DNA of 43,894 nt from Flavobacteriales bacterium (GTDB lineage: Bacteria > Bacteroidota > Bacteroidia > Flavobacteriales_D > UBA2798), in NCBI GenBank assembly GCA_044360245.1, contig JBIKKU010000002.1, forward strand, positions 1 to 43,894, given 5' to 3'. How positions within the stretch are numbered: position 1 is the first letter of the stretch; each line of letters begins with the position of its first letter. Both the position numbers and the translations under genes were made by a program. Below are positions 9,380 to 18,842 of the stretch, in pieces. The notes beneath the pieces were generated by a model, which did not search any database, had not been told where the DNA came from, and worked only from the letters and a program-made list of their open reading frames with translations.

Positions 9380-9817
9380 TTAGAACCAACCTGCTCCTTC
9401 AATGCGGAAAGGCCAAGGAATTGCGGCAAGAATGATTAACAAACACACACCGTACCAAACAAAATATTTGCGGTGTTTGGCAGAGTCTTTCTCCGCTTTT
9501 TCAGCACGCTTGCGACCCATGGTAATCAACACAAAAACGGCAATCATCATAAGCATGTGCTCTACCGTGTAGAAGCGCACAACCGGTGTACTCATGGGAT
9601 CACCCAACATTACTTTCGGAGAAACAAAATAAAGAATCATTCCGATGGTGAATTGTAGATGATAAAAAATCATCGCAAAAAGGTTGAGCATTTTATCGCC
9701 CTTGCCATAGGTTTTTCCGAATCTCCATTTGGAGAATGCGTTCAATACAGCAAAAACAATCAAGAGCAACACGATCCAACGTGTTCCTGAGTGAGCGGAT
9801 AATAGTCCGTTATACAT
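9380..9817 (-). CDS. Small 4-TM integral membrane protein with conserved histidines (possible b-type cytochrome-like protein)
   Basis: Start taken at MYNGLLSAHSGTRWIVLLL. There are four hydrophobic spans, with His in or near TM segments (SAHSG, FYHLQ, VEHML). It ends 4 nt upstream of the cytochrome c gene. Confidence 0.6.
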   Translation of the reverse strand: MYNGLLSAHSGTRWIVLLLIVFAVLNAFSKWRFGKTYGKGDKMLNLFAMIFYHLQFTIGMILYFVSPKVMLGDPMSTPVVRFYTVEHMLMMIAVFVLITMGRKRAEKAEKDSAKHRKYFVWYGVCLLIILAAIPWPFRIEGAGWF

Positions 9818-9956
9818 AATTTGTGGTTTTTGGTGCGACAAAAGTAGCAAAAGGCCTTCAAGTGCCAAGTTTGCACAATGTCCAAAGATAACCCTGTTCG
9901 CGATTGTTTGTTCATGGCAGGATAATTGCATAAATTGGAGAAACAAAATCGGAACT

Positions 9957-10628
9957 ATGAGAAAGCACTTTTTACTCCTTGCCGCCCTTCTGTTTTCTGC
10001 AGGAATGGCTTATTCACAAAAGAAAATTGAAGTCAGCGAAAGCTCAGAAAATATTGGCGGTGGACGCAACAATGCCTTAACGGTAATGATTTATCACGAG
10101 GATGTTGATGCCATCGAAAAGGCCTGGAAAAGCCGCATGAAAGACCTTGGCGGAAAAAACGACACCAAAAACGGTGAAATATTTTCGGATGAGTGTAAGT
10201 CCAAAGACATGGGTGCCAATACGTTTGATGTTTACGCTAAGTTTGTACCTGTAAAAGGAGAAGGTGTTAAACTCATTGTAGGTGTCGACTTAGGCGGTGC
10301 CTTTTTAAGTTCTTCCGGCCACGGCGCGCAGTATAAGGTCTTTAAGCAAATTGTTTACGATTTTGCCATGAAAAACACCAAAGACAAGCTTGCGGCTGCT
10401 GCAAAAGTGGAAGAAGAAAAATTAGATGATCTTAATAAGGAGCAAAAAAAGCTTGAGTCAGACAACACCGAATTGAAAGAGGACATCGAGGAATACAAGA
10501 AAAAAATTGCCGAAGCAGAGCAGAAAATCAAAGAAAACGAAGCCGCTCAGGAAGCCAAAAAGAAAGAAATCGAAGCACAGCAAAAAGTAACTGAAGTTGC
10601 TAAAGAAAAGCTCAATGGCGTAAAATAA
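9957..10628 (+). CDS. Secreted hypothetical protein: globular N-terminal domain plus a K/E-rich coiled-coil tail
   Basis: Signal peptide MRKHFLLLAALLFSAGMAYSQ. The C-terminal ~80 aa are heptad-like and K/E-rich (EEEKLDDLNKEQKKLESDNTELKEDIEEYKKKIAEAEQKIKENE...). Confidence 0.7.
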   Translation: MRKHFLLLAALLFSAGMAYSQKKIEVSESSENIGGGRNNALTVMIYHEDVDAIEKAWKSRMKDLGGKNDTKNGEIFSDECKSKDMGANTFDVYAKFVPVKGEGVKLIVGVDLGGAFLSSSGHGAQYKVFKQIVYDFAMKNTKDKLAAAAKVEEEKLDDLNKEQKKLESDNTELKEDIEEYKKKIAEAEQKIKENEAAQEAKKKEIEAQQKVTEVAKEKLNGVK

Positions 10629-10656
10629 TGTTGAAATCCCTCGGGGATTGGAAAGA

Positions 10657-10682
10657 AGGTCTACTTTTGTAGGCCTTTTTTT
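10657..10682 (+). terminator. Putative Rho-independent terminator
   Basis: Imperfect hairpin ggtctac-tttt-gtaggcc followed by a T7 run, directly after the 9957-10628 gene and abutting the next ATG. Confidence 0.45.
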
Positions 10683-11591
10683 ATGAGCCAGAAAACCACC
10701 GGACAAAGCCCTTTGCAGTTGCAGATTATTTTGCACACTGTTGTTTTCATCTGGGGATTCACCGGTATTCTCGGTAACATGATAAGTGTTCGCGAGAACA
10801 TTTTGGTTTGGTGGAGAATGCTCATCACCGTGGTGGCACTTGGTATTTTTATGACCATCATTCGTCGCAGCATTCGTGTTCCTTTGAGAACCTTGCTGAA
10901 ATTTTTAGGAACAGGAATTATCATTGCACTGCACTGGATTTTCTTTTACGGTGCCATAAAAATTTCGAATGTTTCGGTAGCAGTTGCTTGTATGGCAGTA
11001 GCCAGTTTTTTTACAGCCATTCTTACACCACTTTTTTTTCGCCAACGCCTGGTGTATTATGAAGTGATTCTTGGATTGATCGTTATTGCCGGTGTGGCCA
11101 TTTTAATGGGAGTAGAGAGCGACCAAACCATGGGATTTGTGTGGGGTTTATTGTCTGCTTTTTTTGCAGCATTGTTTACACTTATCAACGCACGACTTAT
11201 TAAGGAAAGCGATTCCAGAGTGATTTCATTTTATGAAATGATTGGAGGATTTGCAGGAATAACCATTTACAATTTCATTATTGGAGCATTGGTGCCCGAA
11301 AAAATTGGACTTTCGGCAGAGGACGCCTGGTTATTGCTTATTCTGGGCGTCGTTTGCACCGCAGTCCCATTTGTTGTAAGCGTTTGGGTGATGCGTCAGG
11401 TTTCTCCCTATACCGTAAGTATTTCGGTGAATCTTGAACCCATATACACCATCATTCTTGCCATTTTAATTTGGCCCGACAAGGAAACCATGAGTCCCGG
11501 ATTTTACCTTGGATCGGCAATCATCCTTTCTACCGTATTGCTGAATGGCTATTTAAAATCTCTCGCGCGACGCTCCGCTCCTCAGGCCTGA
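10683..11591 (+). CDS. DMT-superfamily (EamA-like) transporter
   Basis: About 10 hydrophobic helices arranged as two 5-TM halves, 302 aa. Confidence 0.8.
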   Translation: MSQKTTGQSPLQLQIILHTVVFIWGFTGILGNMISVRENILVWWRMLITVVALGIFMTIIRRSIRVPLRTLLKFLGTGIIIALHWIFFYGAIKISNVSVAVACMAVASFFTAILTPLFFRQRLVYYEVILGLIVIAGVAILMGVESDQTMGFVWGLLSAFFAALFTLINARLIKESDSRVISFYEMIGGFAGITIYNFIIGALVPEKIGLSAEDAWLLLILGVVCTAVPFVVSVWVMRQVSPYTVSISVNLEPIYTIILAILIWPDKETMSPGFYLGSAIILSTVLLNGYLKSLARRSAPQA

Positions 11592-11670
11592 GTTCCGTCG
11601 GTAACAGACTGCGTGTTTGGCAGTTGAATTATGTTATTTTTGTTTTTACACAGAAAGCCAAAAACCAAGC

Positions 11671-14600
11671 ATGAGAAAAGCACTGCTTTCGCTGGGTTTG
11701 TTCCTGATTTATGGAATCAGCCCGGCACAGGACCTTCGACCCGTAAACGGACCACGGGTGAATGGAGGAAATTATTATGCACTGATCAATGCAACAGTGC
11801 ATGTCGATGCGGATCGTGTTGTAGAAAACGGGACCCTGATTGTTCGCAACGGAAAGATTGAAGATGTTGGAGCAGCATTGAAAACGCCCAAAGGAGCCGT
11901 AGAAATTGACCTGAAAGGAAAACATATTTATCCTTCTTTCATCGATTTGCATTCTGGATACGGAATGCCCGAAAACAAAAGAAATGAACGAGGCGGAAAT
12001 GGTCCGCAATACGAGCGTGCAAAAAAAGGAGCGTATTATTGGAACGAATCCATTCGTCCGGAAATACGCGCCCAGGAAAGCTTTGTGGTGGATGCCAAAT
12101 CCGCAGCCGAATACCGTGCACTAGGCTTTGGAGCGGTGTTATCGCATGCGCAAGATGGTATCATTCGTGGGACATCCTTTTTAGCAGCGCTGGCCGACAA
12201 AAACGAAAATGAAGTGATGTTGCAGTCGGATGTGGCCATGCATTATTCCTTCCGCAAAGGCTCATCCAATCAAGCGTATCCTTCTTCTTTAATGGGTTCC
12301 ATTGCTCTGCTTACTCAGGCACTTTACGATGCCAAATGGTACGCGGCTTGTAAAACACATCCTGAAGAAAATCTTTCATTAAAAGCTTGGGTGGCAAATG
12401 CACAATTGCCTCATTTTTTCGAAGCAAACGATAAGTACAATATTTTAAGAGCCGATAAAATTGGTGACCTCTTTCAGTTGCAATTTGTTTTTAAAAGCAA
12501 CGGAAAAGAATACCAACGCATTCGGGAAATTGCCGCGAGCAAAGGAACATTAATCGTTCCGTTGAATTTTCCTGATCCTTACGATGTGGAAGATCCCTAC
12601 GATGCGATGAATGTTTCGCTCGAAGATTTGAAACACTGGGAACTTGCACCGGGCAATCTTGCTGCCTTGTACAATGCAAAAATTCCTTTCGCCATTACTT
12701 CATCCGATTTGAAAGACAAAAAAGTTTTTCTTTCCAATTTGCGTAAAGCCGTTCGTTACGGATTGCCCGAAAAAGAAGCGTTACGCGCACTTACAAGCAC
12801 ACCAGCACAACTTATTCGCGCTGACAAACAAGTGGGAACGCTCGATAAAGGAAAGTGCGCAAATTTTATTGTTGTCAGCGATAACCTTTTTTCCGATCAA
12901 GCCATCATTCAACAAAACTGGGTAATGGGTACGCAATATGTTTTGCAGAACGAAAATGTAATCGATGTTCGTGGGGATTATGACCTCAATTTGCAAAACA
13001 ACATTTACACACTTAATGTGAAAGGTGATGTGGCCAATCCATCCGGAATGATGAAGGTCGACACGAATAAAATCCCTGTAAAAGTGGCTGTTCAGAACAA
13101 AAACATTTCACTCAGTTTTACGCTCAACGATAAAAATTACAAAGGAGCTGTGCGATTGGGAGGTGTCATCAATTTCGATTCAGGTTCATGGGATGGTAAC
13201 GGACAACTACCTGATGGAACCTGGGTAAAATGGACCGCCATCCGCAAAAACAAATTCAAAGAAGAAAAGAAAAAAGAACAAGCAAAAGATTCCCTCAACC
13301 TTGGAAAAGTTTGGTATCCCAACATGGCCTACGGATGGGATTCCATTCCAAAAGCAGGTCAGGTTTTGATCAAAAACATAACCGTTTGGACCAACGAAAG
13401 CGACGGTGTTTTGAAAAATACCGACGTATTGCTGCGCGATGGAAAAATCCAAAAAATCGGAAAGATTCTTGATGTTGTAGATAAAATGACTTGGGTTATT
13501 GATGGCACCGGAAAACATTTAACTGCCGGAATCATTGATGAACACTCGCACATTGCCGTTGCAGGTGGTGTGAACGAAGGATCGCACGCCGTAACTGCAG
13601 AAGTGAGTATTGATGATGTAATCAATTCCGACGACATCAACATTTACCGTCAGCTTTCAGGTGGTGTAACAACATCTCAATTGTTGCATGGAAGTGCGAA
13701 CCCCATTGGAGGAAGATCGGCCATCATTAAATTGCGTTGGGGGAAAAGTCCGGATGAAATGCGCTTTGAAGGCGCCGATGGATTCATCAAGTTTGCCTTG
13801 GGTGAAAATGTCAAGCAAAGCAATTGGGGCGAAAATTTCAATTCGCGTTATCCGCAAACACGTATGGGTGTTGAGCAAACGTATTACGATGCGTTTTACC
13901 GTGCAAGAGCTTACGCTGCAGACATGAAAGCGCACGAAGCAGCTTCTTCAGGAAAACACAAGGACAAAACACATGTGGAGCCTTTCCGTCGCGACATTCA
14001 ATTGGATGTATTGGTGGATATTTTGAATAGCAAACGTTTTATTACCTGTCACAGTTACGTGCAAAGTGAAATCAACATGCTCATGAAAGTGGCCGATAGC
14101 ATGGGATTCCGTATCAACACCTTTACACATATTCTCGAAGGATACAAGTTGGCGGATAAAATGAAACAACATGGTGTTGCTGCATCTACATTCTCCGATT
14201 GGTGGGCTTATAAATATGAAGTGATGGATGCCATTCCTTATAACGCAGCAATTCTGAATGCAATGGGTGTGCTTACAGGAATCAATTCCGACGATGCAGA
14301 AATGGCGCGCAGATTGAATCAGGAGGCGGCTAAAGCAGTAAAATATGGTGGAATGAGCGAAGAAGAAGCTTTGAAATTGGTCACCCTGAATCCTGCGAAA
14401 ATGTTGCACATCGATCATAAAGTGGGCAGCGTAAAAATTGGCAAGGATGCTGATGTCGTCATCTGGAGTGATCATCCGCTCTCGATGTATGCCAAGGCAG
14501 AAAAGACGTTCATCGATGGTATTTGTTACTTCGACCGCGACCGTGATTTGATGTTGCGTGATCGTGTTCAGGCGGAACGTGTACGCATCATCACCAAAAT

Positions 14601-14706
14601 GATTGCTGCTAAACAAGGTGGAGCGCAAACGCAACGTCCGGGACGCAAAGAACCGCGTCACTACCATTGCGACACCATGGAAGATTACAATACTTCTAAC
14701 GAATAA
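11671..14706 (+). CDS. Large secreted amidohydrolase-superfamily protein: a degenerate N-terminal module plus an intact C-terminal module
   Basis: Start taken at MRKALLSLGLFLIYGISPAQ (signal peptide). The C-terminal module has IIDEHSHIAVAGG (HxH), CHSY, THILEG and INSDD. The N-terminal module reads FIDLHSGYG and so lacks the second His. Confidence 0.85.
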   Translation: MRKALLSLGLFLIYGISPAQDLRPVNGPRVNGGNYYALINATVHVDADRVVENGTLIVRNGKIEDVGAALKTPKGAVEIDLKGKHIYPSFIDLHSGYGMPENKRNERGGNGPQYERAKKGAYYWNESIRPEIRAQESFVVDAKSAAEYRALGFGAVLSHAQDGIIRGTSFLAALADKNENEVMLQSDVAMHYSFRKGSSNQAYPSSLMGSIALLTQALYDAKWYAACKTHPEENLSLKAWVANAQLPHFFEANDKYNILRADKIGDLFQLQFVFKSNGKEYQRIREIAASKGTLIVPLNFPDPYDVEDPYDAMNVSLEDLKHWELAPGNLAALYNAKIPFAITSSDLKDKKVFLSNLRKAVRYGLPEKEALRALTSTPAQLIRADKQVGTLDKGKCANFIVVSDNLFSDQAIIQQNWVMGTQYVLQNENVIDVRGDYDLNLQNNIYTLNVKGDVANPSGMMKVDTNKIPVKVAVQNKNISLSFTLNDKNYKGAVRLGGVINFDSGSWDGNGQLPDGTWVKWTAIRKNKFKEEKKKEQAKDSLNLGKVWYPNMAYGWDSIPKAGQVLIKNITVWTNESDGVLKNTDVLLRDGKIQKIGKILDVVDKMTWVIDGTGKHLTAGIIDEHSHIAVAGGVNEGSHAVTAEVSIDDVINSDDINIYRQLSGGVTTSQLLHGSANPIGGRSAIIKLRWGKSPDEMRFEGADGFIKFALGENVKQSNWGENFNSRYPQTRMGVEQTYYDAFYRARAYAADMKAHEAASSGKHKDKTHVEPFRRDIQLDVLVDILNSKRFITCHSYVQSEINMLMKVADSMGFRINTFTHILEGYKLADKMKQHGVAASTFSDWWAYKYEVMDAIPYNAAILNAMGVLTGINSDDAEMARRLNQEAAKAVKYGGMSEEEALKLVTLNPAKMLHIDHKVGSVKIGKDADVVIWSDHPLSMYAKAEKTFIDGICYFDRDRDLMLRDRVQAERVRIITKMIAAKQGGAQTQRPGRKEPRHYHCDTMEDYNTSNE

Positions 14707-14717
14707 TTTGAACAGGC

Positions 14718-16004
14718 ATGAAAAAGTTTTTTGTTTTTGTTTTGTTGTTGTCTGCTGTCCATGCAGATGCTCAAATGATCCGCAAACGTTCCATGTTGTT
14801 CATGAACGGAACAGCTCATCTTGGTACCGGTGAGGTAATCGATAATTCACTCATTGGCGTCATCGACGGAAAAATTGTGACTGTAGCGAATGCTTTGTTA
14901 ACTACACCTAACCTGAAAAATTTCGACACGGTTATCAATATTCAGGGAAAGCATGTTTATCCCGGATTTATTGCTGCCGATGTTGCGCTTGGTTTGGTTG
15001 AAGTAGAAGCTGTTCGTGCAACCGTAGATAATAACGAAACCGGTTTATTCAATCCCAATGTTCGGGCACTCATTGCCTACAATACCGATTCGAAAGTGAT
15101 TCCAACCGTGCGTTGCAATGGTGTGTTATTGGCACAAGTAACACCGCGTGGTGGAATAGTTTCCGGAACGTCTTCGGTAATGAAATTGCAAGGTTGGAAC
15201 TGGGAAGACGCAGCCTACAAAAAAGATGAAGGATTGCACATGAACTGGCCGCAGAATTTTCAATCTTTTGGCTGGTGGGCAGAACCCGGAGAAACCAAGG
15301 CCAACGATAAATACTCCGAACGATTGAATGAAATCAGGAAGTTTTTCAAAGAAGCAAAAGCATATGCCGAAGAAACGAATGTGGCGAATAAAGACGTTCG
15401 TTTTGAAGCCATGCGCGGATTGTTCGACGGCTCGAAAAACCTGTATGTACATGCCAATTACGTTAAAGAAATGAGTGATGCCATTTTCTTTTGTAAAGAC
15501 TTAGGCATTGCACGACTCGTCATTGTTGGTGGATACGATTCCTGGATGATTCCGGATTTACTGCGCGAAAACAAAGTGAGTATTATTTTACAGCGACTGC
15601 ATGAGTTGCCCGCGCGTAACGATGATGCCATTGATCTTCCATTTAGAATTCCTGCATTATTAGCCAAATCGGGAATAACTTATTGTCTGGGTGGAGCAGG
15701 TGATCAGGAAGCAGCTCAAACGCGAAATATGGCATTCCTTGCCGGTACTGCAGCCAGTTATGGATTGGGTAAAGAAGAAGCATTAAAGCTCATCACACTG
15801 AATACTGCAAAAATTTTGGGTATCGATAAAACCGTTGGTTCACTGGAGTCCGGAAAGGAAGCCACATTTTTTATTTCCGAAGGAGATGCATTAGATGTAC
15901 GCAGTAACCGTATAACCCACGCCTGGATTGCCGGAGAGCCTGTTGACCTGAACAACCATCAAAAAGAAAATTACGAGAAGTACAAAAAGAAGTATGGTTT
16001 GTAA
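14718..16004 (+). CDS. Secreted amidohydrolase-family paralog lacking the HxH metal motif
   Basis: Signal peptide MKKFFVFVLLLSAVHADAQ. It aligns by eye with the neighbour (GKHVYPGFIAADVALG in place of HxH; the C-terminal LKLITLNTAKILGIDKTVGSLESGKEA is like LKLVTLNPAKMLHIDHKVGSVKIGKDA). Confidence 0.8.
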   Translation: MKKFFVFVLLLSAVHADAQMIRKRSMLFMNGTAHLGTGEVIDNSLIGVIDGKIVTVANALLTTPNLKNFDTVINIQGKHVYPGFIAADVALGLVEVEAVRATVDNNETGLFNPNVRALIAYNTDSKVIPTVRCNGVLLAQVTPRGGIVSGTSSVMKLQGWNWEDAAYKKDEGLHMNWPQNFQSFGWWAEPGETKANDKYSERLNEIRKFFKEAKAYAEETNVANKDVRFEAMRGLFDGSKNLYVHANYVKEMSDAIFFCKDLGIARLVIVGGYDSWMIPDLLRENKVSIILQRLHELPARNDDAIDLPFRIPALLAKSGITYCLGGAGDQEAAQTRNMAFLAGTAASYGLGKEEALKLITLNTAKILGIDKTVGSLESGKEATFFISEGDALDVRSNRITHAWIAGEPVDLNNHQKENYEKYKKKYGL

Positions 16005-16015
16005 GTCAAAGAAAT

Positions 16016-16402
16016 TTACAATTCTACTAACCTGATTTTTACTCCCGCTAACTCTGCTGCAAGTTCCATCACTTGTGCGTATCGTAAGGCATTGGCATCC
16101 ACTCGCGGCGATTGCATAAAGAACAACACTTCTTCGGGAGTCGCTTCTGACAACAATTGACGAGCAACTTTTTCTGCCATCTTTTCTATTTCTTCCGGCT
16201 GAAGCAAATGGTCGTACCAAGGGATTTCATCATTGGCTTTCAGAAGTCCGAATTCACCCGAGAGTATGCGAAAATCTTCGCGGTCGGTGTCAGCAAAAAG
16301 TTTAACCTTTTCAATTCGTAAATCGTGGTAGCGTTCAAGAGCAGGCAAAAGTCCCGCGTTCATTTTTTTCTCTTTCGAACAATAGGTGATGTACCACTTC
16401 AT
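16016..16402 (-). CDS. Small conserved hypothetical protein (DUF6884-like by motif recall)
   Basis: Start taken at MKWYITYCSKEK, which overlaps the upstream hemJ stop (ATGA). Contains ILSGEFGLL...IPWYD. Confidence 0.55.
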   Translation of the reverse strand: MKWYITYCSKEKKMNAGLLPALERYHDLRIEKVKLFADTDREDFRILSGEFGLLKANDEIPWYDHLLQPEEIEKMAEKVARQLLSEATPEEVLFFMQSPRVDANALRYAQVMELAAELAGVKIRLVEL

Positions 16403-16932
16403 TTGCTGCGGCGACGTTTGTAGGCCTTCACTCCCCACAAGATCAGGGCAATCAAAACAGCCATACCAATGGCCATGTACACCCAATTGATGTTGTTTTT
16501 GAGCACAATCACCAATACGATGAGGAACAGGAAAATGGTAGCAACCTCATTCCAATAACGCATAAACAATCCCGAGTGCGGATATATACGTTGTTGTTGC
16601 TTTTTGTAAATGCGGTGGCAATGGATATGGTAGGCAATAAGGCCTGTAACCAAAGCGATCTTTACATGAATAAATCCTTGTTGCAACAATGCAGGATTCA
16701 TGATGAACAAAGTCGTTCCAAAAGCAGCAGTCAGAATCATCCCGGGCCAGGTAATACCGAACCAAAGTGGACGCTGAATTTTTTGCAGGTAGGGAATAAG
16801 CACCTTTTTTTCTTCTTCAGGAAGTTCTTCTGCTTCCACCTGGTAAATGAACAAACGCACAATGTAAAAGAGACCGGCAAACCAGGTCACCATAAAAATA
16901 ATATGCAGTGCTTTAATCGCGTCGTAACTCAT
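16399..16932 (-). CDS. hemJ: Protoporphyrinogen IX oxidase HemJ (CopD-like family)
   Basis: N-terminus IKALHIIFMVTWFAGLFYIVRLFIY is typical of HemJ, with 4-5 TM segments. The ATG at 16932 is preferred over the TTG at 16944. Confidence 0.8.
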   Translation of the reverse strand: MSYDAIKALHIIFMVTWFAGLFYIVRLFIYQVEAEELPEEEKKVLIPYLQKIQRPLWFGITWPGMILTAAFGTTLFIMNPALLQQGFIHVKIALVTGLIAYHIHCHRIYKKQQQRIYPHSGLFMRYWNEVATIFLFLIVLVIVLKNNINWVYMAIGMAVLIALILWGVKAYKRRRSK

Positions 16933-17004
16933 GGAATACGGCAAAGGTAAAAATTTCTAGCCCTTTTGTTCGGAGGTGGCGATGAACTCAGGTATCTTTG
17001 CAGC

Positions 17005-17544
17005 ATGAAATCGAAATCTCCCGCCAATAAGCGCAGCAAAACACCAAAGGATACCCTTGCGGTGACAACCAAAATCGTATTGCCTAACGATACCAATACA
17101 CTTGGAAATCTCTTCGGTGGACAATTGCTCGCATGGATGGATGAAATTGCAGCCATTTCTGCACACCGCCATTGCAAACGCGTGGTTGTGACAGCTTCTA
17201 TTTCCAATGTAAGTTTCAACAGTCCGATTAAGCATGCCGATATCGTTACGCTCGAAGCCAAAGTTTCCCGTGCCTTCACTTCATCAATGGAAGTAGTGGT
17301 AGATGTATTTGTTGAAGACAATGTCACCGGAATTCGTACCAAGTGTAATGAAGCCATTTATACCTTTGTTGCAGTCGATCAAAACGGTGCGCCAATTGAA
17401 GTTCCTGAGCTTACACCGGAAACAGATGAAGAAATCAAACGATACAATGGAGCATTGCGTCGTCGACAATTATCCCTCATTCTCGCCGGAAAAATGAGTC
17501 CGGACGAAGCCACCGAATTACGTGCACTTTTTATCAAAGACTAA
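17005..17544 (+). CDS. Acyl-CoA thioesterase (hotdog fold, YciA/BFIT-like)
   Basis: VLPNDTNTLGNLFGGQLLAWMDEIAAISA motif. The ATG at 17005 is preferred over the upstream alternative start. Confidence 0.85.
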   Translation: MKSKSPANKRSKTPKDTLAVTTKIVLPNDTNTLGNLFGGQLLAWMDEIAAISAHRHCKRVVVTASISNVSFNSPIKHADIVTLEAKVSRAFTSSMEVVVDVFVEDNVTGIRTKCNEAIYTFVAVDQNGAPIEVPELTPETDEEIKRYNGALRRRQLSLILAGKMSPDEATELRALFIKD

Positions 17545-17789
17545 TGGCTCTCACCAATAACGATATTCTTCGAAAGCTCCGCATTGCCTTGCAGTTGCGC
17601 GATGAAGACATAGTACATATTCTGGAGCTTGCCGAATTTAAAATGAGTAAAAGCGAAATCAACGCATTATTCAGAAATGAAAACCATCCCAAGTTTGTGC
17701 CTTGTGGCGATCAGTTGTTGCGAAATTTTCTCAATGGCTTGATCATTTACAAGCGCGGAAAAAAGGAAGGTGTGTCTTTAGAGGAATAA
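17544..17789 (+). CDS. DUF1456 (YehS-like) family protein
   Basis: NDILRKLRIALQL.DEDI....E........E.NA.FR......F..CGDQLLRNFLNGLI pattern. TAATG overlap with the upstream gene. Confidence 0.7.
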   Translation: MALTNNDILRKLRIALQLRDEDIVHILELAEFKMSKSEINALFRNENHPKFVPCGDQLLRNFLNGLIIYKRGKKEGVSLEE

Positions 17790-18761
17790 CTCCTCGGATG
17801 CTTCTGTAATGGCTTTGTCGGGGATTCCCAACATGCATTGAAAATGTTTTTTCGGACATTCCGCATGACCAATTTTCGAGCAGGGTCTGCAGTGCATTTC
17901 CTTGTTTTCGATGATGCGGTATAGATCCTTTTCCTGCGGTAGATAGGGGTACATACCGAATTCAGGAATCGTGTTCCCCCAAACCGAAACTATTTTTTTA
18001 TGAAAAGCGGCAGCGATGTGCATGAGTCCGGTGTCGTGTGAAATCACTACTATTGCTTGTTTTACCAGCGATGCTGATCCATACAAATCGAATTTTCCGC
18101 AAGCGTTAAAAATGCGTTCCGGCGCTATAGCAGCAATTTTTTTACCGGCAGCTGCGTCTTCTTTTCCTCCCAACAATACGATGGGATGCGGTATTCCTGC
18201 ACAAATGCTTGCTATTTTTTCTGCAGGTAAACGTTTTGTGGCGTGCTGTGCGCCAATGGCAAAAGCAACATAACCTTGATGTAAAAACGCCGGTAGGGAA
18301 TTCATTTGAATTTCTTTATCCTCAGGAATGAAAAAATCCAATCCTTTTAAGTCATTCTTCACCCCTAGGTGCGCAACAGTTTCGAGGTAGCGATCGACAA
18401 TATGAACCTTAGGAAGAACCGTTGATTTAAAGATTACTTTTTTCCATTTCGCAAAGTTCAATTTGGAAAAAGAGCGCGAAGGTTTGCGCAATGCCATTTT
18501 CACACGAAAGGACCTTAAGTTGCGGTGCAAGTCGATGATGAGGTCGAAATTTTCTTTTTTTAATTCAGGCAATACTTCGGTAACCTCCTTATCAAAAAAC
18601 CAACAACGCGAAATGTGCGGGTTATGCTCTACCACACTGTGAAAAGAGGATTTGGTAAGAAAATGTACCTCCGCGTTTTTTTGTTCATGCAAACAACGCA
18701 TCACCGGTGTAGTTAGCACGATGTCGCCAATGGAACTGAAACGGAGTACAAGAATTTTCAT
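17778..18761 (-). CDS. Glycosyltransferase family 9 (heptosyltransferase-like)
   Basis: MKILVLRFSSIGDIVLTTPV N-terminus and a C-terminal ISHDTGLMHIAAA motif. Confidence 0.85.
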   Translation of the reverse strand: MKILVLRFSSIGDIVLTTPVMRCLHEQKNAEVHFLTKSSFHSVVEHNPHISRCWFFDKEVTEVLPELKKENFDLIIDLHRNLRSFRVKMALRKPSRSFSKLNFAKWKKVIFKSTVLPKVHIVDRYLETVAHLGVKNDLKGLDFFIPEDKEIQMNSLPAFLHQGYVAFAIGAQHATKRLPAEKIASICAGIPHPIVLLGGKEDAAAGKKIAAIAPERIFNACGKFDLYGSASLVKQAIVVISHDTGLMHIAAAFHKKIVSVWGNTIPEFGMYPYLPQEKDLYRIIENKEMHCRPCSKIGHAECPKKHFQCMLGIPDKAITEASEELFL

Positions 18762-18786
18762 CCTTTTGCAAAGAAAGGCTTTTCCT

Positions 18787-18823
18787 AAAAACAAAAAACC
18801 CATTGACAGTGCCAATGGGTTTT
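18787..18823 (-). terminator. Rho-independent terminator after the lipoprotein gene
   Basis: On the minus strand, aacccattg-(7 nt loop)-caatgggtt followed by tttttgttttt. Confidence 0.6.
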
Positions 18824-18842
18824 CGAAGAAACGATAAGGTGA

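Noticed and set aside
11617-11670. Longer N-terminal extensions offered by the ORF track (11617, 32718, 37264, 16966, 18815, 25264, 9429, 9946, 16486, 16944, 36718, 42784).
   Set aside because: In each case a downstream ATG gives a canonical signal peptide, lipobox or family-typical N-terminus. The extension is either hydrophobic nonsense or overlaps the neighbouring gene.
13948-14667. A 239-aa antisense ORF inside the large amidohydrolase gene, and similarly 32823-33557 (244 aa) antisense to atpD and 25038-25505 overlapping the CPBP and dusB starts.
   Set aside because: The sense-strand genes have strong family motifs over these regions. The antisense translations have no recognisable motifs, signal peptides or plausible start context.
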